A stretch of 64,000 nt of DNA. Source: Pirellulales bacterium. GTDB lineage: Bacteria > Planctomycetota > Planctomycetia > Pirellulales > JAICIG01. Location: assembly GCA_040901675.1 (NCBI GenBank), contig JBBDYJ010000006.1, forward strand, positions 137,538-201,537, given 5' to 3'. The notes beneath the pieces are model-generated. The model was given only the letters and a program-made list of their open reading frames with translations. It had not been told where the DNA came from and did no database searches. Position 1 is the stretch's first letter; each line of letters begins with the position of its first letter. The translations under genes were made by a program, and so were the position numbers. Positions 37,039 to 47,700 of this stretch are shown here, in pieces.

Positions 37039-38127
37039 GTGAACGCTCCGCGGTCGATTGCCATGACGGTCTGCTGCCTCGGCGCACTGGCCGGCGGGTG
37101 CAGCGACAGCGACCAGGTCGAGCAATACCAGGTCCCCAAGCAGCAGGTGCTGGACAGCATCAACGGTCCTCCGCCGGCCGAGCCCGTGCCGCACGAAGAC
37201 ACGATGCTGGCGGCGATCGTGCTGGAGCCGGACCAGGCGTGGTTCTTCAAGCTGGCCGGCCCCCGCCGGGCGGTCGAGGACCAGGCGGAGCGGTTCGAGG
37301 CACTGATCGAGTCGCTTGAGTTCGGCGACTCCGGCCCTCGCTGGAGCCTGCCCGCGGGGTGGCGGGAGCAGGCCGGCTCCGGCATGCGTTACGCCACCTT
37401 GACCGCCGAGTCGGGAGACGAGTTGCTGGAGACGACCGTGACGAGCCTGCCGCGCAACGACGGCGACGAGAAGGCCTATAGCTTGTCGAATATCAACCGC
37501 TGGCGGGGCCAAATGGGCCTGCAGCCGATCGGCCGCCACGAGTTGTCCAACGCGGCGCGCCAGGTCAAGTTTGCCGGCGGGATCGCCACCGTGGTGGAGC
37601 TCAAGGGCAAGCTGGCGGCCCAGGGCATGGGGCAGGCTCCCTTCGTCGGACGAGCGCCCTTCGCCGGTCAGGAGCCGCTGGCACCAGGGCTGGCGGGCGA
37701 TGCGGGCGAGACGGGCCGCGGCGGTCTGCGGTACAATACACCCGAGGGGTGGCAGGCCGGTCAGGCCGGCGCCATGCGCAAGGCAGCGTTCGTGGTCGCC
37801 CAGGGCGATCGGCAGGTGGAAATCACCGTGATCGACCTGGCCGCGTCGGCCGGCGGGCTGCTGGACAACGTGAACCGCTGGCGGGGTCAGATCGGTCTGG
37901 GGAACACTACCGAAGAGGAGCTGGACCAACAGGTCCGCAAGCTGCCGGTCGGTTCCGACAGGGGCGATTACGTCGAGCTGTACGGGCCCGAGCAGGCGAT
38001 CCTGGCGGTAATCGCCAGGCAAGGCGGCAAGAGCTGGTTCATCAAGCTGATGGGCGACAAGCAACTGGCCGAGCGTGAAAAGCAGCGGTTCGAGCAATTC
38101 GTGCAATCCCTGGAATTCGGCGATTGA
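37039..38127 (+). CDS. Hypothetical lipoprotein with internally duplicated domain
   Basis: LAGGC lipobox; NINRWRGQMGL/NVNRWRGQIGL and AWFFKLAG/SWFIKLMG duplications. Start uncertain (37012/37039/37063). Confidence 0.8.
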   Translation: MNAPRSIAMTVCCLGALAGGCSDSDQVEQYQVPKQQVLDSINGPPPAEPVPHEDTMLAAIVLEPDQAWFFKLAGPRRAVEDQAERFEALIESLEFGDSGPRWSLPAGWREQAGSGMRYATLTAESGDELLETTVTSLPRNDGDEKAYSLSNINRWRGQMGLQPIGRHELSNAARQVKFAGGIATVVELKGKLAAQGMGQAPFVGRAPFAGQEPLAPGLAGDAGETGRGGLRYNTPEGWQAGQAGAMRKAAFVVAQGDRQVEITVIDLAASAGGLLDNVNRWRGQIGLGNTTEEELDQQVRKLPVGSDRGDYVELYGPEQAILAVIARQGGKSWFIKLMGDKQLAEREKQRFEQFVQSLEFGD

Positions 38128-38138
38128 GGGAGCCGGCG

Positions 38139-41100
38139 ATGGCAAGTGACACTCTCCCGGCTGAAACGCGCGAGCGGATCGCCGGCGGCAGCGACGAGAG
38201 TTGGGGCGGCCTGCCGGACGCGCTGGCTGCCATTCTCAAGCCGCTGGCCTCTCTGAAGCTGACCGTGGCCTGTTTCGCGATGGCGATCTTCATCGTGCTG
38301 GCCGGCACGCTGGCCCAGATCGACAAAGACATCTGGGAGGTGATGGGGCAGTACTTCCGCACGCCGTTGGCCTGGATCCCGCTCTCGATTTTCTTTCCGC
38401 GTTCGATCGAGGTGCTGGGCGGCTTCTATTTTCCGGGCGGATTTTCGATCGGCCTGGTGATGCTGCTGAACCTGTTTGCCGCCCATGCCGTGCGCTTCAA
38501 GGTGCAGGCCAGTGGAACACGGCTGCTGGCCGGACTGGGGGTGATCGCGGCCGGGGCGGCCATGACCTGGCTGGTGATCGCCAGCGGCTCGAACCCGGAA
38601 GGACTGCAGGCGGTTCCGATGATCCCATCGTCCGTGTTGTGGACGTTGTCCAAGGTGGGCCTCACCGCACTCTGGCTGCTCAACGTGCACGTCGTGGTCA
38701 ACAAGATGGACCAGGGGCGAAAGCTGGAGCGAATCATCCTTGGCGTGATCGCCGCGGTGCTTGGAGCCCTGCTGTCCTGGCTCTGGTACCAGGGGGACGC
38801 CGTGGCGCTCGGCGACTCGTCGATGCGCATTCTGTGGCAACTGATTAAGGGCGGATTGGCCAGCCTGGTCCTGTTAGCCGGAGCAATCATGGTTTTCCGG
38901 AAGCGGGCGGGCATCGTGCTTTTGCACGCCGGCGTGGCACTGATGATGCTCAACGAGCTGGTGGTACACACGCTGCACGTCGAGGCGCAGATGCAGATCC
39001 GGGAAGGCGAGACCGTCAACTTCGTCCAGGACGTGCGCAAGCTGGAGTTGGCGGTGGTCGATACGTCGAACCCCGAAAGCGATCAGGTGGTCGTGGTGCC
39101 CCAGTCGATCCTGGGGATCAACCGGGGCGCAAGCCATCCCCTGGTGCGGGACGCGAAGCTACCGTTCGACGTGCAGGTGGTCCGCTTCGTGCAAAACACC
39201 GATCTGCGGCCGGCGAAACCGGGTGAGAAGAACCCGGCGGACAAGGGCTTCGGCGTCGAGCGGATCGTCGAGGAAGTCCGCCCTGGCGCGGGCACCGACG
39301 CGGGCGGCTCGGTCGACATGTCGGCGGCCTACGTCAAGTTTCTGAAGAAGGACAGCTCCGAGCCGCTGGGCACCTACCTGTTGGGTTTGTACCAGTCGTT
39401 CGCGGATCTGCCGGAAACGGTGACCGTCGACGGCAAGGAATATGAGGTGTATCTGCGGTTCAAACGGAACTACAAGCCGTATTCGATGCACCTGATCGAC
39501 GTCCGCTTCGATCGATACATGGGCACAAACACGCCCAAGAACTACTCCTCGGACGTGCGGTTAGTGGACCCAAGCCGCAACGTCGATCGCACGCTGAAGA
39601 TCTGGATGAACAATCCGCTCCGCTACGCGGGTGAGACGTTCTACCAGTCCAACTTCAGCCAGGACAGGGCGGGCAACGAGATCACGGGCCTGCAGGTGGT
39701 CACCAACACCGGCTGGATGATTCCCTACGTGGCCTGCATGATCGTGGGCACGGGATTACTGGCTCATTTCTTGATCGTGCTGGACCGGTTCTTGCGGCGG
39801 ACCAGCGAGATGGAACCATCGGCTGCGGCGCCCAGCCGGCGGTCGCGCAAGGCCGCGGCGGCCTCGACCCCAAGCATCTACACCTGGGTGGTTCCGCTGG
39901 CGGCGGTGGTGGCGTTCGGCGGCTGGCTGGGGAGCAAAGCGCGTCCGCCCAGTCCGCCCCGGCCCGGCTCGGACCAGATGAACCTGTACGAGTTCGGCAA
40001 GTTGCCGCTGGTGTACGAAGGCCGGGTCAAGCCGTTCGACACGCTCGCCCGCAACAGCCTGCGGATGATTTCGGACCGGGAGGTTTTTGTCGACAAGGCG
40101 GATGAGAAACGGCCGGCCATCGAGTGGCTGCTCGAGGTGATCACCAATCCCCGCCAGGCGGCCGAATACCGGGTCTTCAGGATCCAGAACCTGGAGGTGC
40201 TCGATACGCTGGGCCTCGAGCGGCGCAAGCACTACCGCTACGCAATCGAAGAGTTTCAGGACCGCCTCGACCGGTTCAGCCAGCAGGTCGAGCAGGCGCA
40301 CAATACGCCGGGGTCCCAGCTCAGCGTGTACCAGAAAAAACTGCTGGAGCTCGATCGGCGGTTGAAGGTGTATACGCGGTTGGTGACGGCCTTTGACCGT
40401 CCTCAGATCAGGCCGGATCCGGACCATGCGCTGGAGGATCTCACGCGGGCGATTCGCTACCAGCGAGAGACGTTGGAAAAGATGGAGCCGCCGCTGGTCA
40501 TTCCGCCTGCCGCGCCCGGCGGGGACTGGGAGCCATACTTTGCAGCCTATCTGAGAGCCTGGACCGAAACGCATATGCTGCGGAAAAATCCCAATCCGTC
40601 CACGGTCGCGCTCGATAACATGCTCGTGTCCTACGCCAGGGGCGACGCCACGAAGTTCAACCAGGAGCTGCGCAGCTACCGGGCCCAGCTCAAGAAGAAT
40701 CCGCCCCAGAATCTGAACACACCGAAGACCGACTTCGAAGTCTTCTTCAACCACTTCCGGCCATTCTACCACTCGACGGTCCTCTACGTCGTGGCCTTCG
40801 TGCTGGCGTGCGCCGGTTGGCTCGGCTGGCAAGGCCCGTTGAATCGCGCTGCCTTCTGGCTGATTGCCCTGGCCTTTGTGGTACACAGCTTAGCGCTCGT
40901 CGCCCGGATCTACATTTCCGGACGACCGCCGGTGACCAACCTCTACTCGTCGGCCGTCTTCATCGGCTGGGCCTGCGTGGCATTGGGCATGCTGCTGGAA
41001 ACGATTTACGGCAGGCGAACGGCGGCCGCGGGCACAGGCGCCCCCACCGCGGCCCTGGGACTGGGCATCGGCAATATCCTGGCCTCCGTGCTGGGATTCA

Positions 41101-41708
41101 CCACGCTGTTGATTGCCGACTTCCTGGCCGCCGACGGCGACACGTTCACCGTGCTGCAGGCCGTGCTCGACACGCAGTTCTGGCTGGCGACGCACGTGGT
41201 CTGCATTACGCTGGGCTACGCGACCACGTACGTGGCGGGATTCCTGGGGATCATCTACATCCTGGCCGGAGTGTTCACGCGAGCTCTTTCGCCGACGGTT
41301 GCCAAAGAGCTGTACCGGATGATCTATGGCATTGTCTGCTTCGCCATCTTCTTCAGTTTCGTGGGCACGGTGCTGGGGGGGCTGTGGGCCGACGACTCCT
41401 GGGGCCGCTTCTGGGGCTGGGACCCCAAGGAAAACGGCGCCTTGATCATCGTGCTGTGGAACGCGCTGGTGCTGCACGCCCGCTGGGGCGGCATGGTCCG
41501 CGAGCGGGGACTGGCCGTGCTGGCGGTGTTCGGCAACATCGCGGTGAGCTGGTCGTGGTTCGGCGTGAACGAACTGGGCGCCGGCCTGCACTCCTACGGT
41601 TTCACCGAGGGCGTGGCCCTGGCGCTGGGCCTGTTTGTCATCTCCCAGGCCGCGGTCATGATCGCCGGCATGCTGCCCAAGGCTCTCTGGCGCAGCCAGG
41701 CGGTGTAG
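38139..41708 (+). CDS. ccsA: System II cytochrome c biogenesis protein, ResB-ResC (CcsBA) fusion
   Basis: ResB-like MNNPLRYAGETFYQS; PPVTNLYSS; FWLATHV; WWD motif WADDSWGRFWGWDPKE; GLHSYG. Confidence 0.93.
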   Translation: MASDTLPAETRERIAGGSDESWGGLPDALAAILKPLASLKLTVACFAMAIFIVLAGTLAQIDKDIWEVMGQYFRTPLAWIPLSIFFPRSIEVLGGFYFPGGFSIGLVMLLNLFAAHAVRFKVQASGTRLLAGLGVIAAGAAMTWLVIASGSNPEGLQAVPMIPSSVLWTLSKVGLTALWLLNVHVVVNKMDQGRKLERIILGVIAAVLGALLSWLWYQGDAVALGDSSMRILWQLIKGGLASLVLLAGAIMVFRKRAGIVLLHAGVALMMLNELVVHTLHVEAQMQIREGETVNFVQDVRKLELAVVDTSNPESDQVVVVPQSILGINRGASHPLVRDAKLPFDVQVVRFVQNTDLRPAKPGEKNPADKGFGVERIVEEVRPGAGTDAGGSVDMSAAYVKFLKKDSSEPLGTYLLGLYQSFADLPETVTVDGKEYEVYLRFKRNYKPYSMHLIDVRFDRYMGTNTPKNYSSDVRLVDPSRNVDRTLKIWMNNPLRYAGETFYQSNFSQDRAGNEITGLQVVTNTGWMIPYVACMIVGTGLLAHFLIVLDRFLRRTSEMEPSAAAPSRRSRKAAAASTPSIYTWVVPLAAVVAFGGWLGSKARPPSPPRPGSDQMNLYEFGKLPLVYEGRVKPFDTLARNSLRMISDREVFVDKADEKRPAIEWLLEVITNPRQAAEYRVFRIQNLEVLDTLGLERRKHYRYAIEEFQDRLDRFSQQVEQAHNTPGSQLSVYQKKLLELDRRLKVYTRLVTAFDRPQIRPDPDHALEDLTRAIRYQRETLEKMEPPLVIPPAAPGGDWEPYFAAYLRAWTETHMLRKNPNPSTVALDNMLVSYARGDATKFNQELRSYRAQLKKNPPQNLNTPKTDFEVFFNHFRPFYHSTVLYVVAFVLACAGWLGWQGPLNRAAFWLIALAFVVHSLALVARIYISGRPPVTNLYSSAVFIGWACVALGMLLETIYGRRTAAAGTGAPTAALGLGIGNILASVLGFTTLLIADFLAADGDTFTVLQAVLDTQFWLATHVVCITLGYATTYVAGFLGIIYILAGVFTRALSPTVAKELYRMIYGIVCFAIFFSFVGTVLGGLWADDSWGRFWGWDPKENGALIIVLWNALVLHARWGGMVRERGLAVLAVFGNIAVSWSWFGVNELGAGLHSYGFTEGVALALGLFVISQAAVMIAGMLPKALWRSQAV

Positions 41709-41762
41709 CGCGGTAGCTGAAAAGGGCCAGAATTCAGGCCCAGTCGTTGAACGGCTGGTCCA

Positions 41763-44700
41763 TCATTCTGTTTTCATGGCGACCGTGTTTTCCACCGCGG
41801 CCAGCCCCATGCCGGCCGCGTCCGGGCCTGGCGCTGGGCCGACCTCCACCTCCACGTGATGGTCATTGCGGTCGTCGACCAGCGGCACGGTTCGTTCCGG
41901 TTGCTGGTTGCCATCGACGACAACGCGCTCGACCGTCGAGCCGCCGCCGTTGCGGAAGGTGATGTGATAGAAGGTCTCGCGGTAGCGGTAATGGATCTTG
42001 AACGTTGACCAGCTTTGCGGAAGACATGGCGCGAAGCGGAGCTTGTCGACGTGCAACTGCAACCCCAGCAGCGATTCCGTGATCAGCCGGTACATCCAGC
42101 CGGCCGAGCCGGTGTACCAGGTCCAACCGCCGCGGCCCGTGTGCGGTGCGACGGCGTAGACGTCGGCCGCCACCACGTACGGCTCGACCCGGTACGTGGC
42201 AACCGCCTGGGAAGTGGCGGCGTGGGTCACGGGGTTGATCAGCGAGAACAGCTCCCATGCCCGTTGGGAGTCGCCCATCGCCGCGAAGGCCATCACCGTC
42301 CACACGGCCGCGTGGGTGTACTGGCCGCCGTTCTCTCTCACGCCGGGGACGTACCCCTTGATGTATCCGGGGTTCAGAGGCGACATGTCGAACGGCGGTT
42401 CGAGGAGCTGGATCAGCCGGGCGTCACGGCGGACCAGGAGGCGGTCGACACTGTTCATTGCGGTCAGCGATCGGGCGCTCGTGCCCGCCCCGGAAAGGAC
42501 CGACCAGCTTTGCGGCAGCGCGTCGATCCGGCACTCCGGGTTCGAGGCCGAGCCGAGCGGGGTGCCGTCGTCGAAATAGGCGCGGCGATACCAGTCTCCG
42601 TCCCAGGCGTGCTCTTCGATGTTGCCCCGCAACCGGCCGGCTTCGATCGCGTACTTGTCGGCGGTGGCGGCGTCGCCGCGCCGTCGGGCCAACTCGGCGA
42701 AACGCGTCAGCGCGTCGTAGAGAAAGAAGGCCAACCAGACGCTCTCGCCCTGGCCCTGTGCGCCCACCAGGTTCATCCCGTCGTTCCAATCGCCGCAACC
42801 CATCAGCGGCAGGCCGTGCGCGCCGAAGCGCAGGCCGTTGTCGATGGCACGGACGCAATGCTCGTAGAGCGTGCCGAAGTCGCCCGAGACCTGCGGCAGG
42901 TCGTAATACGAGTCTTCCTCGGGCCGGACGGGCCGCGCGTTGAGGAACGGCAGGCCTTCGTCCAAAACGCCGGTATCGCCGGTGGCGGCGACATAGCGGC
43001 AGGTCGCGTACGGGAGCCAGAGGTAGTCGTCGGAGAAGTGCGTGCGCACCCCCCGTCCTGCCGGTGGATGCCACCAGTGCTGCACGTCCCCCTCGCGGAA
43101 CTGGCGCGCGGCGGCACGCAGCAGGTGCTCGCGCAAGGCAGCGGGCTCGGCGTGTACGAGGGCCATCGCATCCTGCAACTGGTCCCGGAAGCCGAACGCC
43201 CCGCCCGACTGGTAGAACCCCGTGCGTGCCCACATCCGGCAGGCAAGGACCTGGTAGATGAGCCAGCCGTTGGCCAGGAAGTTGACGGCTGGATCGGGGG
43301 TTTCGAAGTGGACCGTGCCCAGCGAGCGGCTCCAGTAGTGCCACACGCCCTCCAGGGCCCGCTGGGCGCTCGCCGCGCCGCGGAACCGCTGCACGAGCTG
43401 TCGCGCCTGGGCTTCATCCCGGGCGGCGCCAAGGATGAACACGACGTCCTTTTCCTCTCCGTCCTCGAGCTCAACCGGGACCTGCAGGGCCGCGCAGGGA
43501 TCGAGTCCCGCACCGATTCGGCCCGACAACCGGATTCGGCGCAGCGCCGCCGGGTTGGCCGGCGTGCCGTTGCGACCGAGGAACTCGGTGCGGTCCGCGG
43601 TTACGGTCCGCACTGTCTCGCTGCTGTCGACGAATACGATCCGCTCGGCGAATTCCGAACTGTAACTGTTCCGTGCGAAGAGCGCGCCCGAGATCGGGTC
43701 CAGCTCCGTGACCACGTGCAAGAGCGTCTTGTCGCGCAATTCGCCCAGCACCCACTCCCAATACGAGGTGACCGACAGCCGGCGCGGCCGACCCGCGCGG
43801 TTGGTAATCCGGAGCCGAGCGAACTTCACGGGCTCATCGGCGGCGACGAACAGGCATAGCTCGGTGACGATGCCGTCCTGGGCGTATTCGAAGATACTGT
43901 ACCCGAAGCCGTGACGGGCGACGTAGGACATTTCGCCGCGTGCCGGAAAAGGTGCAGGCGACCAGAAGTGTCCGTTCTCCTCGTCGCGGACGTAGATCGC
44001 TTCGCCGCCGGTATCGGTGACCGGGTCGTTGCACCAGGGGGTCAGCCTGAACTCGTGGCTGTTTTCCGACCACGTGTAGGCGCTGCCGCTCTCAGATACG
44101 ACCGTGCCGAACTGCGGGTTGGCGATCACGTTGATCCACGGTGCGGGCGTCGTCTGCGCGGGGCCCAGGAGCGTGACATACTCGCGTCCGTCGCGGCTGA
44201 AGCCGCCCAGCCCGTTGAAGAACGCCAGGTCCCGCCGGGGAACCTCGTCCACCGGCGTGGTCTCGCTCCGGCGGCGCAGCGGCTTGAAAGCGGCAATCGA
44301 GACTTCGCCGCGGCCGCGTCGCTCCACCTGCTCGCGGAGCGTTCCCGCGTCGTCGAGCAGGAAGACCCGCGCGACCGTCCGCAGCAGCGATCGATCCTCT
44401 TCCGACATTTGCTCGCCGCGGCGGACGAAGATACCCCCCGGCTTGTCGACCAGCGTCGCTTCCGGGCTGGCGGCGATGACGTCCATGATCGTGTCTTGCA
44501 GCGTCTGGCGGTAAACCGACTCGTCCTCGTTCCAGATGACCATGTCCACGCCAAGCCCTTTCATCCGCCAATAAGCATGAGCCTGTACCGCCTGGCGCAC
44601 CAGCTCGACGCGCGCTCGGTCGTGGATGCGGACCAGCACGATCGGCAGGTCTCCGGAGATCCCGTAGCCCCAGAGCCCCGATTGACTCCGCCGGTTGCGG

Positions 44701-47700
44701 ATCAAGACGCTGGGCTTTGCCCGGCGCAACGCCGAGGCGTAGATCACCGATCCGGCCAGTCGGGCGTAGGCCTGGGCGTCGGCCTCCGTGGCGTTGAGCT
44801 GCCGGAGCAGAATGTGGCTATGGGTCCAGGCCAGCTCGAACACCCGGTCGGCCAGGTGGGGGTCGTGATACTTGTTCATCATGGCGGTGACGGCCAACCG
44901 CGTCTCGGCGACGCCGGTGACCAGGTCGACGCGCGCCGTCTCGTTCGGCTCGAGCAGGATGGCATGCCGGATGCAGACCACGGGATCGAGGACGGGCCCC
45001 TGGCTGTCGGAGAGCCGCCTGCGCCCGTCCATCGCCGCGGGTGAAGCCAGGCTCCCGCCCCTGCCAATGAACTTCATGCGGTCCGTTTCGAACGACGCTT
45101 CGCCCACCGTGGTGCCCCGAACCGTCATCAAGTGCACCATCCACGGCGGCCGCTCATCGGCCGACCGCGGCCGGCGCGTGCAGAGGATGGCCTGCCGGTC
45201 TGGTACCAGCTCCGTCTGGACGAACAGATTGCTGAACGCCGGGTGGGACAGATCCTGGCCCTGCTGCGCCAGGACCACCTCGGCATAGCTGGTCACCTCA
45301 ATCGTCCTGGCGGATTCGGACCGGTTCGTGAGCGTGATGCGCCGCAACTCGACGTCGTCTTCGGGCGATACGCTGATCTCCGTGTGCGTGTCGATCCGTT
45401 CATCGCGCCGGCGGAACTCGGCACGGGCCTGGGTGAAGATCGCCTGGTACCGTTTCGTGTGGGTGAGCGTCGGCTGCCAAGCCGTCGACCACAGGACGCC
45501 GCTCTCCAGATCGCGCAGATAGCAAAACGATCCCCAACAATCGCGGGTGGGGTCTTCACGCCAGCGCGTCACCGCCAGGTCGCGCCAGCGGCTGTACCCG
45601 CCCCCCGCGATCGTGATCACCACGTGGTATCGGCCATTGGAGAGCAGGTTCACCTCGGGCGCCGCGCCGGCCGGGTCGGTGAAGACCCGCGTGGTCCCCT
45701 CCTCCTCGACCGAGACGGTGCGGGTGGCGCTGGCTTCCGCGACATGGGGAAAGACCGGTGCGCTCGCCTTGGGCACCCGCTCCTGTAGCAACAAGTCGGC
45801 GGCGCGCAGCATCGGATCGGCCGCGAAGCGGCGCTGCATCGGCCTGTCCAACAACAGGCACGCCAGCGACAACAGGCTCATTCCCTGGTGGTGGGCCATG
45901 AACTGCCGCACGGCGACACCGGTCAATCCCCGCGGCACGCGCAAGGGCGTAAAGTCGACGGCTTCGTATAGTCCGTAGGCCCCTTCGACGCCCTCTCTGG
46001 CCAGTCGCTCCAGGTTCCGGCACGCCGCCTCCGGGGCCACCATCAGCGCCAGGGCGCTGGCATACGGCGCGATCACCAGGTCCTCGGCCAGGCCTCGCTT
46101 GAGCCCCAGCCCCGGCACGCCGAAGGCCCGATACTGATAATTCATTTGCACGTCGAGCGCGTTGTACCCCGACTCCGACATGCCCCACGGCAGTCCACGC
46201 TGCCTGCCGTAATCGATCTGCCGGCGGACCACGGCCCTGCAGGTTCGGTCGAGTAACGTGTTGACGTAGGTAGGCATGACCAAGAGCGGCATCAGGTACT
46301 CGAACATCGAGCCGCTCCAGCTCAACAGGGCCGGCGCGCCGGCGGTCGTGGTCAGCATTCGGCCCAGCGCAAACCAATGCTCCTGCCCCACCTGGCCCTG
46401 GGCAATCGCCACGAAGCTTGCCAGGCGTGCCTCGGATGCCAGCAGATCGTAGAAGCTGCCGTCGAGTCGCCGCTCGTCGACGTTGTACCCGATGGCAAAC
46501 AGGTCGCGCGACTTGTCGAGCAGGAACGAAAAATCCATGTCCGCCAATTCCTGGCATTGGTCTGCAATTTGCTCCAGCGTCTTGATCCGGTCGGCGGCAC
46601 GCTGCGAGGCGTCGATGATCGCCCGGCGCAACTGCCCGAACCAGTCGGTCGCGCGTGCCAGGCTGTCGGGCTGGCGGTCCGGCGGCCCCAAGAACTGCTC
46701 GACGATCGCGTCCAAGGCGGGGAGCAGCGATGAAGGCAATGTGGCAACTTCGCGCAGGCTCGGCACGGCTTGGAGCCGCTTCCAGAGCGCGTCGAACTGG
46801 CCGAGCCGCTGGAGCTGCTCCGGCGAACCGTGCAGCCGAATGTCCTGAGGAGGCGGCGGGAGCTCTGTCCAAGCGGCCATGTGCAACAGGTCGTCCCGGT
46901 GCTCGAGGCACGAACGCTCGAAGGCGCTTGCCCACCACTGGAGTTCCTCATCGGCCCCCGCGGCGGCCGTAATCTCCGCCGCCGCGACCACGAGCCGCGA
47001 CAACAAAGCTGCCGCAGCGCTCAGCGTGTACGGTCGATGCTCCAGGTCCTTCACCAGTTGCTCGATCTTGCGCAGCACGTCGGCGGCAAGCAGCCCCGTA
47101 CGATCCTGCTGCCCGGTCCGGTGAAGCCCGTTGGCCACGTCGAGCAACACGCGCGCCGTGTCGCGCAATCCGCCAAAGACGCGCCGGGGCAGCAGCTCGG
47201 TCTCGGCCAGCTCCAGCAAGCCACCGCGGAGCACCAGCAGGTGCCCGGCCAGGTTGCCGCTGTCCACCGTCGAGACGTACCGCGGGGGCAGCGGCTTCAG
47301 CGAGCGCGTGTCGTACCAGTTGTAGAAGTGACCGCGGTACCGCTCCATGCGGGCCAAGGTGCCGAAGCTCTTCTGCGTGCGGTCGAGCAGACGGCCGACG
47401 GAGCAATACCCGAAGTCGTAGGCGGCCAGGTTCGAAAGGAGTGTTACGCCGATGTTGGTCGGGCTGGTCCGCGACGCGATGGTCGGGGCCGGGTGCTCCT
47501 GGAAATTGTCGGGCGGCAGCCAGTTCTCTTCCTGCGTGACGAAGACTTCGAAGAACCGCCACGTCCGCCGGGCCAACTTCTCCAGGAAATGACGTTGCTT
47601 GTCGGACAGGCGGACCGGTGGTGGAGCCAGTGGCTGGCTCAGCCACCATGCGACGATCGGCGAGACGAACCATAGTCCGAGCAGCGGTCCCGCCATCGGC

